DNA of 52,382 nucleotides from a virus (taxonomy: Duplodnaviria; Caudoviricetes): IMG/VR virus record IMGVR_UViG_3300020403_000015, positions 1 through 52,382 of that record; one strand, 5' to 3'. Of the stretch, positions 29,863 to 38,508 are shown piece after piece. Within the stretch, counting starts at the first letter, position 1. Each line of letters opens with the position of its first letter. Made by a program: the position numbers and the translations under genes. The notes beneath the pieces were generated by a model. The model had not been told where the DNA came from and made no database searches. It was given only the letters and a program-made list of their open reading frames with translations.

Positions 29863-29882
29863 AAGTCTTAATGGTGGGGGCT

Positions 29883-30584
29883 ATGAGGTCAGTAGGTTAT
29901 TACAAAATGCATCGTGGTTGGATGGACAACCCAGTCCTGAAGGACTGTGAAGAGCGCATTGTCTGGCTATCTATTATTGAACGAGCCGCTTGGCAGGACA
30001 CTCAAACATTTGTCAACGGTCAATGTGTATCGGTCAAGCGTGGTACATTCTTCACAAGTCTACGCACCTTATGTGGTCACGTTTACTGGGATGCCAAGAA
30101 GGTTTCGCGCTTTCTTGAACGCCTTGAAAAGTGCCACATGATTGCCACAGTAAACGACAATGGAATGACACAGGTAACTGTCTGTAATTACGATAAATAT
30201 AATCCATCAAGCCACACGGATGCCACAGTGGTGACACAGAAAGTGCCACATAAAGAAAGAATAAATAAAAAAGAAGAAATATATATAGCTGGTTGGGATG
30301 ACTTTCATTCGTCTTATCCGTCAGGTCTTCTTGATAATGGCAAGCCAAGGCGGTGGCCTAAGACTGGTCGGGATTCAGCACAGAATTTATTTAAACAAGC
30401 AGTAGCTTCAGGCGCGACAGTTGTAGAACTGTGCAGGGCAGCGACTAACTACGCAAAAGAAAAGGCAGATGGTCAGTACGTTTTCAATCCTAAGAAGTTT
30501 TTAAAGGACGAGCATTGGAAACAGTACTTAACTGACAGCAGTCCAAAGGACAGCTTCTATTCGTCTGACTGGGATTATCAATGA
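29883..30584 (+). CDS. Replication initiator protein (lambda O/DnaD-like, N-terminal wHTH)
   Basis: GY.KMHR....P, RG.F.TS.R.L...W....V.RFL.RL, T.VTVCNY.KY; C-terminal NP.KFL...W; internal iterons. Confidence 0.75.
   Translation: MRSVGYYKMHRGWMDNPVLKDCEERIVWLSIIERAAWQDTQTFVNGQCVSVKRGTFFTSLRTLCGHVYWDAKKVSRFLERLEKCHMIATVNDNGMTQVTVCNYDKYNPSSHTDATVVTQKVPHKERINKKEEIYIAGWDDFHSSYPSGLLDNGKPRRWPKTGRDSAQNLFKQAVASGATVVELCRAATNYAKEKADGQYVFNPKKFLKDEHWKQYLTDSSPKDSFYSSDWDYQ
30132..30288 (+). repeat. Putative replication origin: TG(C/A)CACA iterons + AT-rich tract
   Basis: TGCCACA at 30132, 30143, 30221 and 30244; TGACACA at 30166 and 30232; A/T-rich tract at 30251-30288. Confidence 0.6.
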
Positions 30585-30898
30585 TGGTTGATAAGTTCCT
30601 TAACAAACACGGTGCATTCGGTACGGAACTGGAGAGCGTTCTGGGTAAGACCTTTAGTGGTTGGCGCAGATGTCGCTGCCCTAAATGTTCCGACACTAGG
30701 AAAAATAAAACGGACAGATGTCTTGGTGTGAGACATCCTGAGGAAGGGGATATATATGTTATCTGTCACAACTGCGGATGGCGGTCAGGCTTCAATGGCT
30801 CTAACTCCAGCAGCTTCGGAGTATCTGGAAGGTCGTTCAATCACAGTCGAAACGGCAGAAAGTCTGGGGGTCTACGCCTTAAAACACCTTGGTACTGA
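30581..30898 (+). CDS. Stand-alone primase zinc-binding domain
   Basis: CPKCS..RK.K.D.CL.V......ICHNCGW matches the T7 gp4/Twinkle ZBD. Confidence 0.7.
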   Translation: MMVDKFLNKHGAFGTELESVLGKTFSGWRRCRCPKCSDTRKNKTDRCLGVRHPEEGDIYVICHNCGWRSGFNGSNSSSFGVSGRSFNHSRNGRKSGGLRLKTPWY

Positions 30899-32258
30899 CT
30901 GCCTCGCCTTTCCTTTTCTGAAAGATGGGAAGATTGTAAACCACAAGTACAAGAATTTTCTGGATAAGAACGGCGTACCCTCTTGGTCTCAGGACAAGGG
31001 TGGAGAGCAGATAGTTTGGAACCGTTCTGTTCTAGAGGACCAATCTCTGACTGACCAGCCAGTGATAATCACTGAGGGCGAATGGGATTGTTGCGTTGCT
31101 GTACAGTGTGGGTATATCAGGTCTGTATCCGTGCCATCAGGCGCACCATCACAAGCCATTGACCCGTCAAGGGATGATGTAAGCAACAAGTATGCCTTCG
31201 TCCGGGATATCTTGCCCTTACTTGAGGAGTGTCGGGAGATAATTCTCTGCACTGATGGTGACACAAACGGTCAGGTTTTACGCGATGACTTAGCTATCAG
31301 GCTAGGCCGCGCACGTTGTAAGTTTGTGACATACCCTAAAGAGTGCAAGGATTTAAACGATGCACTCAATAAATACGGGGCGCGAGGTGTAGAGGAGACT
31401 ATCAAACGTGCCAAGTGGTATGCTGTTGACGGTGTGTTCTCCTTCTCTCAGTTGCCACCGCTTGAGGACAAGCCAGTCTATAACCTTGGTATGTCAGGGT
31501 TCGATGACCATTACAAACTAAGGCGCGGGGATTTTTCTGTAGTAACTGGAGTTCCAAGCAGCGGTAAGTCAACCTTCTTAAATCATATGATGTGCAAGGT
31601 GATTAAAGAACATGGCATGAAGGTATGCTTCGCCAGCTTTGAACAATCACCACAGACAGACCATCATCGTGCGTTAAGGAAGTGGTGGTACTGGTCATAC
31701 AAGAACATCACCGCACCACACAAAACATTTGAAAAGCATTCTGATGCTGAAGAATTTTCAGCATGGTTGGATACTTACTTCCGCATTATCTACCCCAGTT
31801 GGGATGATAGCGTAGATATTGACTGGTTAATGGAGCGCATGACTGCCGCCGTTGTGCAGGAAGATTGTGACATCGTTGTCATAGACCCCTTCAACGAGAT
31901 GGAACACAACACCAGCGGAGAGAGCATGACGCTCTATATCGGGTGGTTCATCAAGACACTGAAGAGATTTGCCAGTAAGCACAACGTGCATGTGATTGTC
32001 GTAGCCCACCCACGCAAGATTAATAAAGATGCAAAGGGCAACGTTGAACTGCCAACGCTGTATGACATTGAACAGTCAGCCATGTGGTATAACAAGGCAG
32101 ACCTTGGGGTCATCATTCACCGCAGGGATGGCGTGACATTAGCACGGGTTGCAAAGTCCCGTTACGAGGATGTTATAGGCAAGCGCGGTGACACACATTT
32201 TATCTTTGATGAGGAGACGGCACATTTCAATGAGTACATCCCAGAAATCTTTGAGTAA
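30756..32258 (+). CDS. TOPRIM primase - SF4 (DnaB/T7 gp4/Twinkle-like) helicase lacking ZBD
   Basis: ITEGEWD, DGD..G, KDLND; Walker A GVPSSGKS; VVIDP, VAHPRK, KSRY. Confidence 0.88.
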   Translation: MLSVTTADGGQASMALTPAASEYLEGRSITVETAESLGVYALKHLGTDCLAFPFLKDGKIVNHKYKNFLDKNGVPSWSQDKGGEQIVWNRSVLEDQSLTDQPVIITEGEWDCCVAVQCGYIRSVSVPSGAPSQAIDPSRDDVSNKYAFVRDILPLLEECREIILCTDGDTNGQVLRDDLAIRLGRARCKFVTYPKECKDLNDALNKYGARGVEETIKRAKWYAVDGVFSFSQLPPLEDKPVYNLGMSGFDDHYKLRRGDFSVVTGVPSSGKSTFLNHMMCKVIKEHGMKVCFASFEQSPQTDHHRALRKWWYWSYKNITAPHKTFEKHSDAEEFSAWLDTYFRIIYPSWDDSVDIDWLMERMTAAVVQEDCDIVVIDPFNEMEHNTSGESMTLYIGWFIKTLKRFASKHNVHVIVVAHPRKINKDAKGNVELPTLYDIEQSAMWYNKADLGVIIHRRDGVTLARVAKSRYEDVIGKRGDTHFIFDEETAHFNEYIPEIFE

Positions 32259-32724
32259 GTTAGTTGAAACAAAGCTCGGTGTTCTCCGCCCTGAGTGGGC
32301 TGACAAGAACAAGCCCCGCATGCGGAGAGTTGACCAACGCACAGTTGACCGATTGCTTTTGTCTGACAAGCTGACATCGGAACAACACAAGGCGGCTGAG
32401 TGGTATCATAACCTAGCAGCAACAGCGAACACCACGCCTCACCTTGTCTCACAAATAGGTGGCATGAGGGTTGACGGTGCGCCTCGCGAGATAAGCAATC
32501 GCCAAGCAGATGCTAGGATTACACTCAAGCTGGTGGATGCTGATATTAAATTAAAGAATAATGATTATACGCTGCATGTGTTGAGGTCTGTAGTTATCTT
32601 TGACGAGTCAATGAGAAACCTCAGTAAACATGACAACCAAAAAACCCGAACAGGCATAGAGACATTACGAATAGGGTTGGATACCCTTGAAAAAATAATG
32701 CCTCGTTATCAACGTTATCTATGA
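32230..32724 (+). CDS. DUF6456-like putative late-gene regulator
   Basis: DRL....KLT.EQ..AA..Y, ADAR..L, VL..VV.....L, G.E.LR.GL..L pattern; last gene of the middle operon. Confidence 0.55.
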   Translation: MSTSQKSLSKLVETKLGVLRPEWADKNKPRMRRVDQRTVDRLLLSDKLTSEQHKAAEWYHNLAATANTTPHLVSQIGGMRVDGAPREISNRQADARITLKLVDADIKLKNNDYTLHVLRSVVIFDESMRNLSKHDNQKTRTGIETLRIGLDTLEKIMPRYQRYL

Positions 32725-32777
32725 CGTATGACGTTGCCTGTCCGTATTGATTTGATTTGACTTGGTAGTTATATATT

Positions 32778-32803
32778 AGGGGCGAGGCTGCATACCTCGC
32801 TTC
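32778..32803. terminator. Hairpin between convergent operons
   Basis: GCGAGG-ctgcata-CCTCGC inverted repeat. Confidence 0.4.
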
Positions 32804-32829
32804 TACTGACGAGAGGGGTAGCCGTGAGG

Positions 32830-33006
32830 TTATCCCTCTTTTTCTTGCAACTCATGGTAAAACTTCTTTGCGGCTTTGAGAGTTTTAAATTTTTTGTTAT
32901 GGAAGGGAGTATCCCACCCCTCATCATTTTCATTGTGAACAATGACTGCCCACAAACCATCAGCACCCTTCTCAATGTGAGATGTTGTATCACGTTCATT
33001 GTTCAT
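32830..33006 (-). CDS. Small hypothetical protein (not in ORF track)
   Basis: MNNERDTTSHIEKGADGLWAVIVHNENDEGWDTPFHNKKFKTLKAAKKFYHELQEKEG; strong AAAGGAAG RBS. Confidence 0.6.
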   Translation of the reverse strand: MNNERDTTSHIEKGADGLWAVIVHNENDEGWDTPFHNKKFKTLKAAKKFYHELQEKEG

Positions 33007-33007
33007 G

Positions 33008-33178
33008 TTACTTCCTTTCTTGAATGCATTTAATCAATAGCGATTGACTCTCCATCATGCAACCTATTGCGTCACACAACAGGTCGAACCCCTCACCCTT
33101 CTCTTTCATCAGCGAGGTGGTTGCATTGATTGTCTGAGACAGGAGAGCCAGAGCCTCACGGTGTTTGAGGTCACTCAT
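33008..33178 (-). CDS. Small hypothetical protein (not in ORF track)
   Basis: 56 aa, MSDLKHREALALL...; GAGGAG RBS. Confidence 0.6.
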   Translation of the reverse strand: MSDLKHREALALLSQTINATTSLMKEKGEGFDLLCDAIGCMMESQSLLIKCIQERK

Positions 33179-33335
33179 CGGTTATCTCCTCAACTTCAAT
33201 TATTGTCATTTCTATTCCACCAACTAACCCTTTCATCTCACTCTGAGCCTCTAAAAGAGCCTTTGCTCTTGAGTCATTCGTTATGATGATGTCACGCTGA
33301 ACTGTTGCTTCCACCTTAATATTATATGTTGGCAT
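33171..33335 (-). CDS. Small hypothetical protein, paralogue of 33322-33504 (not in ORF track)
   Basis: 54 aa, MPTYNIKVEATVQRDIII...EEITDE; GAGGAG RBS. Confidence 0.6.
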   Translation of the reverse strand: MPTYNIKVEATVQRDIIITNDSRAKALLEAQSEMKGLVGGIEMTIIEVEEITDE

Positions 33336-33504
33336 CGGTTATCTCCTCAATGTCATGTGTTTCCTGCTCATATATTTCAGGCGTTCCATCATAGCCAGCA
33401 TGAAACATCTCATGTGCCAACTCTTCAGCATGTTCCTCAGAGTCAGCTATGACCTCAATCGTTTTAGAAATAGAGGCCACAATATCAACGTTAAACTTTG
33501 GCAT
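33322..33504 (-). CDS. Small acidic protein (DpnD/PcfM-like pattern)
   Basis: F.V.I.......IEV.ADSEE.A.E.A; AGGAG RBS. Confidence 0.6.
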   Translation of the reverse strand: MPKFNVDIVASISKTIEVIADSEEHAEELAHEMFHAGYDGTPEIYEQETHDIEEITDANI

Positions 33505-33528
33505 CTTGGTTCTCCTTTTTTAAGTCAC

Positions 33529-33912
33529 TCATGTTACTGTCTCCTCACGAAATATACCTATGCTTGTTTCAGCTAAATCACGGTCACCACGCCGATAGCA
33601 CAAATCGAGGACAAACTTTGTGCCAAAGCTGTTAAAATGTAGACGAGTGCAATCACCATAATCTGCGTCCTCAAGTTCTTCACGCTTATCAACGCCATAC
33701 CTACTCTCCTCTAGGGAAATACCTTTCGTTGCCTCTTGATATCCCAACTCATATGCGGTGCGTATTTCGTCTTCGATATTGTAAAGGTCTTCCTGAGACA
33801 GAATTACTTTTACATCTTCTTCACAATGAACTTGCATATCATCAACATAGTTAGGGTCACCCGTGGCCCACTCAACGATTTTTTTCACACGTTGTTTTGC
33901 ACTAAATACCAT
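33529..33912 (-). CDS. Hypothetical protein
   Basis: 127 aa with AAGGAG RBS. Confidence 0.6.
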   Translation of the reverse strand: MVFSAKQRVKKIVEWATGDPNYVDDMQVHCEEDVKVILSQEDLYNIEDEIRTAYELGYQEATKGISLEESRYGVDKREELEDADYGDCTRLHFNSFGTKFVLDLCYRRGDRDLAETSIGIFREETVT

Positions 33913-34031
33913 TACTCAATCTCCTTCTTACAATATGTGCGGTCAAACTTTTCTCTGTGAATGTGCCAAACACCTTTGTTGTCAATCCAGACTAGGTGTT
34001 TGATACGAACAGGGAATGAAACCCAATCCAT
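33912..34031 (-). CDS. Small hypothetical protein (39 aa)
   Basis: MDWVSFPVRIKHLVWIDNKGVWHIHREKFDRTYCKKEIE; TAATG coupling to the next gene. Confidence 0.4.
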   Translation of the reverse strand: MDWVSFPVRIKHLVWIDNKGVWHIHREKFDRTYCKKEIE

Positions 34032-34053
34032 CCCCTTCTTTTTTCTTAAGCAT

Positions 34054-34311
34054 TCAGGACAAGTGGCTGAGTTCATCATTCACTCCATCCTCTGCCATGC
34101 ATACGGCTTGAGTGCTTATCTTTAACTCACGACAATCATCATAAAGACACTGGAGTTTCTGCCCCATATCCTTGAGCATAATCTTCTTGGCTTCTTTGAT
34201 AATCGCGTCAGCCTCTGTGCCTTTGAGGTGGTCAGTGTTCTTTACAATGAACCTCGCCAGCCACACTGTGCTTTGAATAGTCCGTAGTTGTTCATCAATC
34301 ATCTTCGTCAT
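34054..34311 (-). CDS. Hypothetical protein
   Basis: 85-aa ORF in the operon. Confidence 0.55.
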   Translation of the reverse strand: MTKMIDEQLRTIQSTVWLARFIVKNTDHLKGTEADAIIKEAKKIMLKDMGQKLQCLYDDCRELKISTQAVCMAEDGVNDELSHLS

Positions 34312-34708
34312 CTTTCTCTTTTATGAAGCAGAATTTCTTTTTATTTTTTGACGGTGGTTTTAATTTGATACAGGCCGAACACTTCCACGATGTGCTGGTT
34401 GTTGCGTCCAGGAATTCCGATTGAGTAGTCAGTGGCTCTTTGCACACGCAGCAGCGGGGCAAGTCGTCCGATAGAACTATCTCACCAGTCTGAATATCCT
34501 GAAGGATTACCTTGGTAACCTCACTCAGCTTCATCATAGCACCACCACCACAACGCTGGTTTGTGGGGAAGTGTTCTTGACCCATGTCTTTAAGTTTCGT
34601 TTTTACTGGGGGCAGTGTCTCTAAGTGACCCTGTCTAGGAACCCTAGCGGCTCCTACTTTTCGTTCTTTGTAGCCATCATCAATGTAGTCGCAGTTGTAT
34701 CTCGACAT
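34295..34708 (-). CDS. Hypothetical protein with CxxC...CxxC zinc finger
   Basis: CCVC...CSAC; AGGAG RBS. Confidence 0.5.
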   Translation of the reverse strand: MSRYNCDYIDDGYKERKVGAARVPRQGHLETLPPVKTKLKDMGQEHFPTNQRCGGGAMMKLSEVTKVILQDIQTGEIVLSDDLPRCCVCKEPLTTQSEFLDATTSTSWKCSACIKLKPPSKNKKKFCFIKEKDDEDD

Positions 34709-34802
34709 TACATTCTCCTACTGACAAGAGGGGTTAAATATTTAAGCGCAGGGGGCGCATTACAAAGCTGCACCAAAGTAAGCGTCCCCTTTTGCACCGC
34801 AC

Positions 34803-35078
34803 TCAATGCACTTGTTCACGTTTCCTTGCGCGGTACTTTTGTTTGTAAATCCTGTCGTACTCACGATACCTGACACGATTTTGTAGCCGCCACCTTCGCA
34901 CGGCAGGACGGGACTTGAGATATTTTCGGTGTTGGTTTCGGTACTCTCCAAAGAGGATGAGTAGTTTAACTGTGTCCGATAATAACTCTGCATTCATGTT
35001 ATCCTTTATTAAATCCCAACTAAATTTACCGTGCTTAAGTTTCCAAGCAGCCCTTGCTTTGAGATATTTTTTCTTCAT
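34803..35078 (-). CDS. Basic hypothetical protein
   Basis: K/R-rich, 91 aa; ATGA overlap with Sir2. Confidence 0.55.
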   Translation of the reverse strand: MKKKYLKARAAWKLKHGKFSWDLIKDNMNAELLSDTVKLLILFGEYRNQHRKYLKSRPAVRRWRLQNRVRYREYDRIYKQKYRARKREQVH

Positions 35079-35734
35079 GCCCGTTGCCTCTTCTTGTAGA
35101 GTTCATCAAAGCGTTTGTGTAAGATTGGAAGACCAACAGTCGCTGGCATATTCAAGACCTCATCAAACGCTGGATGACCTGTTGGTTCAGGGTTTAGCTC
35201 TATGCAATGAGTGCCTTTATGCCTCGCCTTAAAGACCATCGAACTATCACCACTGATTGACAGTGAAGAGCCAACAACAATTAAGACATCAGCCTCATCC
35301 AGAAGTTTGTCAGTCTGCTCTTCATGCATCTTCTCTTCTCCAAACAGCACGACATCAGGGATAACAACACCTTCTCGAATGCTACGGGTACGGCTCATGC
35401 AGCCGTGAATTTTGAAAAGGTTTTTAGAGCCAGCCTTTTCATGTAGGTCATCAACGTTGGTTGTGATTAAACCAAAGCCACCCTTACGCTTCGCGACACA
35501 ACGTTCAAACTTACGAATAAGTTTGTGTGCTATAGTCGGTTGGAAGTTTGCTGCTTTATATTCAGCAGTCACCTTGTCCCAAAAGTCGGTGAACTGCTTT
35601 TGGTCTATCAACCAGCCGCCAGTCTGAGCAACGATGGCTGGATTGTGTTCGGCCCATAGAGCCTTGCTTGCACGAAATGTGGGGATGCCACTCTCTGCGC
35701 TGATACCCGCGCCAGTATAGAAAACAATATTCAT
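35075..35734 (-). CDS. Sir2/CobB-family NAD-dependent deacylase lacking the Zn module
   Basis: TGAGISAESGIPTFR, TTNVDDLHEKAG, IHG, PDVVLFGE, VGSS, LNP. Confidence 0.9.
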   Translation of the reverse strand: MNIVFYTGAGISAESGIPTFRASKALWAEHNPAIVAQTGGWLIDQKQFTDFWDKVTAEYKAANFQPTIAHKLIRKFERCVAKRKGGFGLITTNVDDLHEKAGSKNLFKIHGCMSRTRSIREGVVIPDVVLFGEEKMHEEQTDKLLDEADVLIVVGSSLSISGDSSMVFKARHKGTHCIELNPEPTGHPAFDEVLNMPATVGLPILHKRFDELYKKRQRA

Positions 35735-35862
35735 ATCTGATTTCCTTCCTTCACTGGTGGGGCATTGGAAGGGTTGCTCCAGCTAGAGACAACCAAGCCA
35801 ACAAACGTTCCCCAGATTATAAAAATGGAGTAAACGCCAGTCGCGTTGTACTTAAAAAACAT
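35731..35862 (-). CDS. Small membrane peptide (43 aa, not in ORF track)
   Basis: MFFKYNATGVYSIFIIWGTFVGLVVSSWSNPSNAPPVKEGNQI; AAGGAGAAAGGA RBS; ATGA overlap with the Sir2 start. Confidence 0.5.
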   Translation of the reverse strand: MFFKYNATGVYSIFIIWGTFVGLVVSSWSNPSNAPPVKEGNQI

Positions 35863-36049
35863 TGTCCTTTCTCCTTACTAAAAGTTATTAAGACTTAGTT
35901 GCGTTTATAGAGTTACACAGATTAGGCATATTTAATACCTATATTTTTCTGTCTTATCTCTTTTATAAGACCCCCTTCCTTTCTTTTGTTTCACAACCCG
36001 CCCACGATAGAGAGGGGTGCGTAGTATTTTGGCTATCTTATTTTTAATA

Positions 36050-36286
36050 TTAAAAGGTCGTTTCATTTTTCAACCTCGCCAAGTCAGATTTAAAATTGGA
36101 CAAACTCTTTTTACATGACGGTGTGTTTGAAGTTGAAACCTTGAACACCGACTGACCCGTCACCCTACCCCCGCCATAGCTAGGGGTAGATAGTGTTAGT
36201 TTGATATGCTTGCCAACGTCCACACTGACCACGTTAAAGCCAGCTTGCTTGGCTAGTTTCTTTACATCCCTCAGGTGCTTTCTCAT
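36050..36286 (-). CDS. Hypothetical protein (HicA-like fold possible)
   Basis: LAKQAGF.V....GKHIKL...S.TPS pattern. Confidence 0.5.
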   Translation of the reverse strand: MRKHLRDVKKLAKQAGFNVVSVDVGKHIKLTLSTPSYGGGRVTGQSVFKVSTSNTPSCKKSLSNFKSDLARLKNETTF

Positions 36287-37170
36287 TCCAAGGCTCCCAA
36301 CAAATCAGAGGTAAACTCAGCACTAGCTTTGCGCTTGGCAACAGACTTGATATGCATGCGGCTCTTACATAACTTGAGCGAACCCATGTACTTTGCGATG
36401 TAACCTTCTTGCTCTGACCAGTCATTGGCTTTCAAACCCTTGCTGTAGTATTCAACTTGGAAACCTTCGACATCACCGAACATGCCAATCGGCTCAACCG
36501 ACTTGATGATTTTGTTCTCAATGGTGACATGTTGTTGAGCCTTGCTTGACTTGAATGACCTATCCTCGTCATCATCTGTCCTGAGTAGATTGATTTGCTC
36601 TGCCCAGTTCATCGGAACTGGAAGCAAGACTTCATGTGTTTGATAGCCAGTGTCATACTTTTTACAAACCTTACCCTCTTCGTTCAGGTATATTATGCAG
36701 TGCAAGTTAGCCCTGCCATTGGGCTTGTCGCCGTCCCACTCAGCTTTAAATTCACAACTGTAAAACGCTGGCCTCAACCACGGGGATTTTCTCAATCTAT
36801 CTGCCAACCACACTGCTTGTTCGCTATATCTATCCACCGCCGCTGCAAGACCAGTTGGCGTTTTCTCTTTGAACGCAGCCCTTTGTCGGGTCAGCGTATC
36901 CTTGCTCCGCATATAGTCATTTTCAAAATTAAACCCAGTTAGCCCACCCCTATCTAGGTTCATTGCTTGCCTTACCGCATGGGCGTTATTGGATTTTGAG
37001 ATTCTTTTTAGCTTGGTCTTGGACACACCCATAGCCCTGAATATTTCTTGCAAGTCTTTCATTCTGGCTTTGGCTGCAAGGTAATCCAGTTGTGCTTCAT
37101 TACGGACGGTTACCTTTACACCCGTAAATTTTTGTATGTGCTTCAATACATGTGACATATTTTTCTCCAC
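36283..37170 (-). CDS. Hypothetical protein
   Basis: 295-aa ORF, no motif recognised. Confidence 0.65.
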   Translation of the reverse strand: MEKNMSHVLKHIQKFTGVKVTVRNEAQLDYLAAKARMKDLQEIFRAMGVSKTKLKRISKSNNAHAVRQAMNLDRGGLTGFNFENDYMRSKDTLTRQRAAFKEKTPTGLAAAVDRYSEQAVWLADRLRKSPWLRPAFYSCEFKAEWDGDKPNGRANLHCIIYLNEEGKVCKKYDTGYQTHEVLLPVPMNWAEQINLLRTDDDEDRSFKSSKAQQHVTIENKIIKSVEPIGMFGDVEGFQVEYYSKGLKANDWSEQEGYIAKYMGSLKLCKSRMHIKSVAKRKASAEFTSDLLGALE

Positions 37171-37213
37171 TACTGACTGTTAAATATTGATTCCTGACTG
37201 CAATAACTCGCAG

Positions 37214-38503
37214 CTAAAACTTGATAGACATAACCTCACCGAACAGATGACCTTGCCTTTCTGAAGTGACACCCCAGTACACTGGATAGTCTGGCTCTTC
37301 AGGACAGGCTGAATATCCATCCGTTAGGTAGACCAAGGCCATTGGCTTGATGCCCATCTCATCAACCCAATCAAACACGGGCTGAAAATCTGTGCCGCCG
37401 CCAATCTTCACATCAATATCTAGATGTTCGCCCTGTTCAAAAGTCCGTGCGTCCGTTATCCTTGTGCTGCACTGAAGGATATGGACACGGGTTGGTCGTA
37501 ACTCTTCACAGATAGACCTGAACTCAGCGACAAACTGCTGCACCTCATCGGGGCTGCAACTGGCTGACGTATCAAAGGCCAAGACCAGTTCGCCTGTATC
37601 CTCACGGTGAAAGTCAGGCATGAATATGTCATCACTTTCTAACAAGTGGCCCATGTTCTTGTGTGAGCGTTGATATGTGTAGTCAACAACAGACACACCC
37701 TGCATCGTCTCGCGAATAACAGTCTTCCAATCCACGCTTGGTTTCTTGTATTCCTCAAGCAATGTCTGACCCGCACTGGTCTCAAGGCCACGGGCTTTTG
37801 CCATAGTGTGTGCCTGTTCAACCATCACTTCGACTTCGCGTTCTGCTTCAGCCGCTTCCTCTGGGGTTGTGATATCGGCGTTGTCTACCCTGCCCCAGTC
37901 CTGCGGCTTCAGACCATCATCCATTGACTGGTCACCGGGAGATTGAGCATCGCCTTCCTGCTGCTGCTCGCCACCTTTGCCACCTTTGCCATCATCATTA
38001 TCATCACCATCACTAGGCTGCTGCGGTGTTTTGGTTCTTCTGGGGTTAACGTCAGGCTGCTTTTGTTCTTTGAGAAGTGACTTGTAGATATCATCACTGC
38101 TCATGCCCCTGTACTTTTCGTCAAGCAATGCACCTTCGGGCAACTCCATACACGATACACCCCTGCGTTTGATTTCTGCATTGATTGCATCCTGAATTTG
38201 AAGATTAATCCAGTAGTCGGTCGCGATGTTGTGCAGTTCAGGGTCAAGGCCAATACCTCTGATATGATGCTTGCCGTACACATGCATCACCTCATGCACA
38301 ACCAAACCGACTTTTTGCTTCGATGGAAGGGACATTAAGAAGTCAGGGTTAAACTTGATTGACGTTCCATTGGTTGCTGCGGTGTTCATCTTCTCATCAG
38401 AAACCCAGAGTAGCTTGCTTGCACCAGCCCCAAAGAAGGGCTGATGCGCTAGTGTTTTCATCTTAATCTTTGAGATTTCATCCTGTAATTTGTTCATGTT
38501 CAA
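37214..38503 (-). CDS. DUF2201-type metallopeptidase + VWA domain protein
   Basis: TAATNG, HEVMH (HExxH), NIATD..IN, acidic linker, DTSAS MIDAS, GGGTDF.PVF, YLTDGY. Confidence 0.85.
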   Translation of the reverse strand: MNMNKLQDEISKIKMKTLAHQPFFGAGASKLLWVSDEKMNTAATNGTSIKFNPDFLMSLPSKQKVGLVVHEVMHVYGKHHIRGIGLDPELHNIATDYWINLQIQDAINAEIKRRGVSCMELPEGALLDEKYRGMSSDDIYKSLLKEQKQPDVNPRRTKTPQQPSDGDDNDDGKGGKGGEQQQEGDAQSPGDQSMDDGLKPQDWGRVDNADITTPEEAAEAEREVEVMVEQAHTMAKARGLETSAGQTLLEEYKKPSVDWKTVIRETMQGVSVVDYTYQRSHKNMGHLLESDDIFMPDFHREDTGELVLAFDTSASCSPDEVQQFVAEFRSICEELRPTRVHILQCSTRITDARTFEQGEHLDIDVKIGGGTDFQPVFDWVDEMGIKPMALVYLTDGYSACPEEPDYPVYWGVTSERQGHLFGEVMSIKF

Positions 38504-38508
38504 TCTCC

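Noticed and set aside
32769-32999. Track ORF 32769-32999 (-)
   Set aside because: The overlapping frame 32830-33006 has the strong RBS and fits the operon packing.
35075-35734. Sir2 as a Thoeris/DSR-type defence NADase
   Set aside because: Motifs (GAGISAESGIPTFR, PDVVLFGE) are CobB-class deacylase-like, and there is no TIR, HerA or pAgo partner.
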